Source of the DNA: the human T2T-CHM13v2.0 reference genome, Homo sapiens
Length of the DNA stretch: 64,000 bases
Direction: 5' to 3' (one strand)
Assembly: GCF_009914755.1 (NCBI RefSeq)
Contig: NC_060947.1
Shown here: positions 55,128-64,000 of the stretch, piece by piece
Layout: every line of letters starts with the position of its first letter
Numbering within the stretch: the stretch's first letter is position 1
Translations under genes and position numbers: made by a program
Notes under the pieces: generated by a model
The model's database searches: none
What the model was told of the DNA's origin: nothing
The model's input: the letters and a program-made list of their open reading frames with translations, nothing else

Positions 55128-55941
55128 ATTTAAAAAAATTTTAAAAATGATGTTCAAGAAGGGGAATCCAGGACAATTTTCTGTCAACTGTTCAGGAAAT
55201 ACTGCTTTATTGCTCTCCTTTATCTATTTTGTTCCTCAAAGCCTTGCTCTGAAATGTGGATTTAACAGTTGATCTTAATTTCCTTAAGTCTTTCTGTTTT
55301 CTGAACAACTTTATCTCCCCTTAACTTCCAGGATTTCCTATTCCCAGAAACTTTGGCTAAAACTCCCCACCCAATCTAATTTTAATCCCAGAACCCAACT
55401 CCTGACATCTTCCCTAGGAAGTCAGTGGGAGAGTCAAACAGAGTCAAAGAGGAGAATCAAGGAAGTCACAATAGGGGCTTTTTACGGCTCTTGTCATTTC
55501 ATCCACTGCTCATAATAACGCTGGAATGAAGGCAAGAGAATTTTAGAGTATTGGCAGGAGAATGAGATGTTTGAGCTGTTACTCTTTCTTAACCTCATAC
55601 ATCCCTCCCTATGCCACTCTGCTGTACAAACCCATGAAAATGTATTGTGGTCTTTATAAGAAGACTAGCAGAGGCCTTGGGGAAACTCAACAAAAGGATT
55701 CTTGAATCAGCTTTTCTTCTTTCACTAAAGAAATGTCACTTTCTAGTGATGGAATGAGGTAGAAGGAGTGACCCCATGTTTCTGAATGACTCAAGCCATG
55801 TCTGACACAAACATGAATATAGATGATCAATTTCTGGAACCAAAGAATCCTAGAGAGTACAGGACCCCAGGGCAAGCCACACCACATGGCCAATGCTAAA
55901 GATTTTAGGCTGACAGGCTGAATGCATAAGAATCCCTCAGT

Positions 55942-57692
55942 GGATGTGAAGGACCTCTTCAAGGAGAACTACAAACCACTGCTCAAGGAAATAAAAGAGG
56001 ACACAAACAAAAGAAAAAACATTCCATCCTCATGGATAGGGAGAATCGATACCATTAAAACGGCCATACTGCCCAAAGTAACTTATAGATTCACTGCTAT
56101 TCCCATCAAACTACCATTGACATTCTTCACAGAATTGGAGAAAAACACTATAAATTTCATATGGAACCAAAAAAGAGCCTGTATAGCCAACACAATCCTA
56201 AACAAAAAGAACAAAGCTGGAGGGATCATGCTACCTCACTTCAAACTATACTACAAGGCTACAGTATACAATACAGCATGGTAGTGGTACCAAAACAGAC
56301 ATATAGACCAATGGAACAGAATAGAAACCTCAGAAATAACACCACACATCTACAACCATCTGATCTTCGACAAACCAGACAAAAACAAGCAATGGAGGAA
56401 GGATTCCCCATTTAATAAATGGTGTTGAGAAAACTGGCGAGCCATATGCAGAAAACTGAAACTGGACCCCTTCCTTATACCTTATACAAAAATTAACTCA
56501 AGATGGATTAAAGACTTACATGTAAAACCCAAAACCATAAAAACCCTAGAAGAAAACCTAGGCAATACCATTCAGGACATAGGCATGGGCAAAGACTTCA
56601 TGACAAAAATGCCCAAAGCAATTGCAACAGAAGACAAAATTGAGAAATGGGATCTAATTAAAGAACTTCTGCAAAGCAAAAGAAATTATCATCAGACTGA
56701 ACAGGGAACCTATGGAATGGGAGAAAATTTTTGCAATCTACTCACCTGACAAACATCTAACATCCAGAATCCACAAGGAACTTAAACAAATTTACAAGAA
56801 AAAAAAAAACAACCCCATCAAAAAGTGGGCAAAGGATACGAACAGAAACTTTTCAAAGGAAGACATTTATGCGGCCAAAAAACATACGAAAAAAGCTCAA
56901 CATCACTGATCATTAGAGAAACACAAATCAAAACCACAACGAGACACCATCCCATGCCAGTCAGAATGGCGATTATTAAAAAGTCAGGAAACAACAGATG
57001 CTGGAAAGGATGTGGAGAAATAGGAATGCTTTTACACTGTTGGTCTGAATATAAATTAGTTCAACCGTTGTGGAAGACAGTGTGGTGATTCCTCAAGGAT
57101 CTAGAACCAGAAATACGATTTGACCCAGCAATCCCATTACTGGGTATATACCCAAAGGATTATAAATCATTCTACTACAAAGGCACATGCTACTATAAAG
57201 ACACATGCACACATGTATGTTTATTGCAGCACTATTTCCAACAGCAAAGACTTGGAACCAACCCAAATGCCCATCAGTGACAGACTGGATAAAGAAAATG
57301 TGGTACATATACACCACGGAATACTACGTAGCCATGAAAAGGAATGAGATCATGTCCTCTGAAGGGATATGAATAAAGCTGGAAGCCATCATCCTCAGCA
57401 AACTAACACAGGAACAGAAAACCAAACATCCCATGTTCTCACTTATAAATGAGAGCTGAACAGTGAGAACACATGGACACAGGGAGGATAATAACACACA
57501 GCGGGGCCAGTCGGGGGTGGGGGGGACAATGAGGGGAGAGAGAGCATTAGGACAAACTGCTAATGCATGTGGGGCTTAAAACCTAGATGATGGGTTGATA
57601 GGTGCAGAAACTACCACGGCACACATATACACATGTAACAAACCTACACATTCTACACTTGTATCCTGGAACTTAAAGTAAAATTAAAAAAA
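55942..57692 (+). mobile_element. 5'-truncated L1PA8-like LINE-1
   Basis: ORF2 3' third ([17 protein letters not shown]...) with stops; 3'UTR taatgcatgtggggcttaaaacctagatga; weak TSD aaRaatccc. Confidence 0.92.
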
Positions 57693-57818
57693 AATCCCAT
57701 CCTTCTGTTTTTGTTGTTGCATTGTTTCATTTCGATTATTGTAAGTTTTCTTAAGTCTCCAGCTGGAAAATTTTAAACTCTCACTTAAATTTTGGTTTAA
57801 AGAATAAATCAAAGGTAA

Positions 57819-58146
<328 letters not shown>

Positions 58147-58189
58147 AAGGGAAAATTTTTTATCAAAATATATGAGGTATATCTAAAAT

Positions 58190-58570
58190 TAAGTCAGGAT
58201 AGCACCTATTGCCTTAAGTACTTATTTTAATAAAGAGGATAAAATTTAAGTTAATTAAACAAGCCTTCAACTCATGAAGCTAGGAAGCAAACAATAAAAT
58301 AAGTCTGAAGAAAACAGAAAGGATGTGAAAATATAAATGAATGAAACAGAAAAGCACAGAAGGAATGAATAAAATATAAAGTTGACTCTCAATAAGCTTT
58401 ATTAGATCAATTACTCTACAGCCTAATTGAAGAAAGAAGAGAATGTAAACAAAGAAGATATAACGAGGAAATAGAACTAGAGAAAAATAAAAAGAATTAC
58501 AGCATTTTGCCAACCTCCATTAAAATAAATTAAAGAACTTAGATAAAACTGATGATTGTAAGAAAATATA
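58190..58570 (+). mobile_element. Old L1M ORF2 relic (target of the young L1)
   Basis: ctcatgaagctaggaagc; aattaaagaacttagataaaactga. Confidence 0.5.
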
Positions 58571-59583
58571 GGCAGAGCCAAGATGGGTGAACAGGAACAG
58601 CTCATCTACAGCTCCCAGCTGAGTGACACAGAAGACAGGTGACTTCTGCATTTCCAACTGAGGTACCAGGTTCATCTCACCGGGGAGTGTTGGATAGTGG
58701 GTACAGGACAGTGGGTGCAGCGCACCGAGCGTGAGCCGAAGCAAGGCCAGGCATCACCTCACCCAGGAAGCACCAAGGTTCAGGGAATTCCCTTTCCTAG
58801 TGAAAGAGAGGGGTGACAGACAGCACCTGGAAAATCGGGTCACTCCCACCCTAATACCGCGCTTTTCCAACAGTCTTAGCAAATGGCACACCAGGAGATT
58901 ATATGCCGCGCCTGGCTCAGAGTGTCCTATGCCCACGGAGCCTCGCTCATTGCTAGCACAGCAGTCTGAGACCAAACTGCAAGGCGGCAGCGAGGCTGGG
59001 GAAGGGGCGCCCGCCATTGCCGAGGCTTGAGTAGGTAAACAGGAAGCTCAAACTGGGTGGAGCCCACCGCAGCTCAAGGAGGCCTGCCTGCCTGCCTCTG
59101 TAGGCTCCACCTCTGGGGGCAGGACACAGACAAACAAAAGGCAGCAGAAACCTCTACAGACTTAAATGTCCCTATCTGACAGCTTTGAAGAAAGTAGTGG
59201 TTCTCCCAGCTCGCAGCCAGAGATCTGAGAACGGACAGACTGCCTCCTCAAGTGGGTATCTGACCCATGAGTAGCCTAACTAGGAGGCACCACCCAGTAG
59301 GGGCAGACTGACACCTCACGTGGCCAGGTACTCCTCTGAGACAAAACTTCCAGAGGAACGATAAGGCAGCAACACCTGCTGTTCACCAATAACTGCTGTT
59401 CTGTAGCCTCTGCTGATACCCAGGCAAACAGGGTCTGGAGTGGACCTCCAGCAAACTCCAACAGACCTGCAGCTGAGGGTCCTGACTGTTAGAAGGAAAA
59501 CTAACAAACAGAAAGGAAATCCACACCAAAACCCCATCTGTACGTCCCATCATCAAAGACAAAAGGTAGATAAAACAACAAAG
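58571..59583 (+). promoter_or_regulatory. L1 5'UTR bidirectional promoter region
   Basis: Homology to the primate L1 5'UTR; RUNX3-type site tgcatttccaactgaggta kept; YY1 motif altered; many CpGs decayed. Confidence 0.7.
58754..59017 (-). CDS. ORF0: LINE-1 antisense ORF0 (87 aa, uninterrupted; expression unknown)
   Basis: MAGAPSPASLPPCSLVSDCCASN...IRVGVTRFSRC matches primate ORF0p; strong Kozak gcaATGG. Confidence 0.7.
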   Translation of the reverse strand: MAGAPSPASLPPCSLVSDCCASNERGSVGIGHSEPGAAYNLLVCHLLRLLEKRGIRVGVTRFSRCCLSPLSFTRKGNSLNLGASWVR

Positions 59584-60601
59584 ATGGGGAAAAAACAGAG
59601 CAGAAAAACTGGAAACTCTAAAAATCAGAGCACCTCTCCTCCTCCAAAGGAACGCAGCTCCTCACCAGCAATGGAACAAAGCTGGATGGAGAATGACTAT
59701 GACGAGTTGAGAGAAGAAGGCTTCAGATGATCAAACTACTCCAAGCTAAAGGAGGAAGTTCGAACCCATGGCAAAGAAGTTAAAAACCTTAGAAAAAAAT
59801 TAGATGAATGGCTAACTAGAATAACCAATGCAGAGAAGTCCTTAAAGGACCTGATAGAGCTGAAAACCACGGCATGAGAACTATGTTAAGCATGCACAAG
59901 CCTCAGCAGCCGATTCGATCAACTGGAAGAAAGGGTATCAGTGATGGAAGATGAAATGAATGAAATGAAGTGAGAAGAGAAGTATACAGAAAAAAGAATA
60001 AAAAGAAACGAACAAAGCATCCAAAAAATATGGCACTATGTGAAAAGACCAAATCTACGTCTAACTGGTGTACCTGAAAGTGACGGGAAGAATGGAACCA
60101 AGTTGGAAAACACTCTGCAGGATATTATCCAGGAGAACTTCCCCAACCTAGCAAGGCAGGCCAACATTCAAATTCAGGAAATACAGAGAAATGCCACAGA
60201 GATACTCCTCGAGAAGAGCAACTCCAAGACACATAACTGTCAGATTCACCAAAGTTGAAATGAAGGAAAAAAGGTTAAGGGCAGCCAGAGAAAAAGGTCA
60301 GGTTACCCACAAAGGGAAGCCCATGAGACTAACAGCGGATCTCTCAGCAGAAACTCTACAAGCCAGAAGAGAGTGGGGGCCAATATTCAACATTCTTAAA
60401 GAAAAGAAGTTCCCACCCAGAATTTCATATCCAGCCAAACTAAGCTTCATAAGTGAAGGAGAAATAAAATCCTTTACAGACAAGCAAATGCTGAGAGATT
60501 TTGTCACCACCAGGCCTGCCCTAAAAGAGCTCCTGAAGGAAGCACTAAACATGGAAAGGAACAACCAGTACCAGCCACTGCAAACACATGCCAAATTGTA
60601 A
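59584..60601 (+). pseudogene. L1 ORF1p (RNA-binding chaperone), disabled
   Basis: MGKKQSRKTGNSK start; stop at 59728-59730, further stops and a frameshift near 60190; ARREWG and YPAKLS motifs. Confidence 0.93.
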
Positions 60602-60664
60602 AGAACATGGAGGTTAGGAAGAAACGGCATCAACTAACGAGCAAAATAACCAGCTAACATCATA

Positions 60665-64000
<3,336 letters not shown>

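Overview
AT-rich primate genomic DNA, probably ape/human: AluJ/S/Y and L1PA3-L1PA8 are present. It is intronic or intergenic, and well over half is interspersed repeat. I found no recognisable host protein-coding gene, tRNA, rRNA or CRISPR. Almost all listed ORFs are L1, Alu, Tigger or LTR-derived. Main elements: a near full-length Tigger1 (22991-25341); an ancient L1MC/MD inserted into a MER58A (16852-21894); a composite minus-strand L1/Tigger3 block (47025-53440); and a 5'-intact L1PA4-like element (58571 to window end). That L1PA4-like copy has an intact antisense ORF0, retains the ZNF93-target segment, and has disabled ORF1 and ORF2. The most unusual structure is at 28390-29545. There, a twin-primed (5'-inverted) L1PA5-like insertion received a younger L1PA3-like copy joined in exact homologous register, creating a ~330-bp inverted repeat. 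Several small templated-insertion scars and near-erased Alus are also visible. I see no convincing evidence of a new biological system. Subfamily names come from recalled diagnostic sequence, not a database search, and boundaries of old repeats are approximate.
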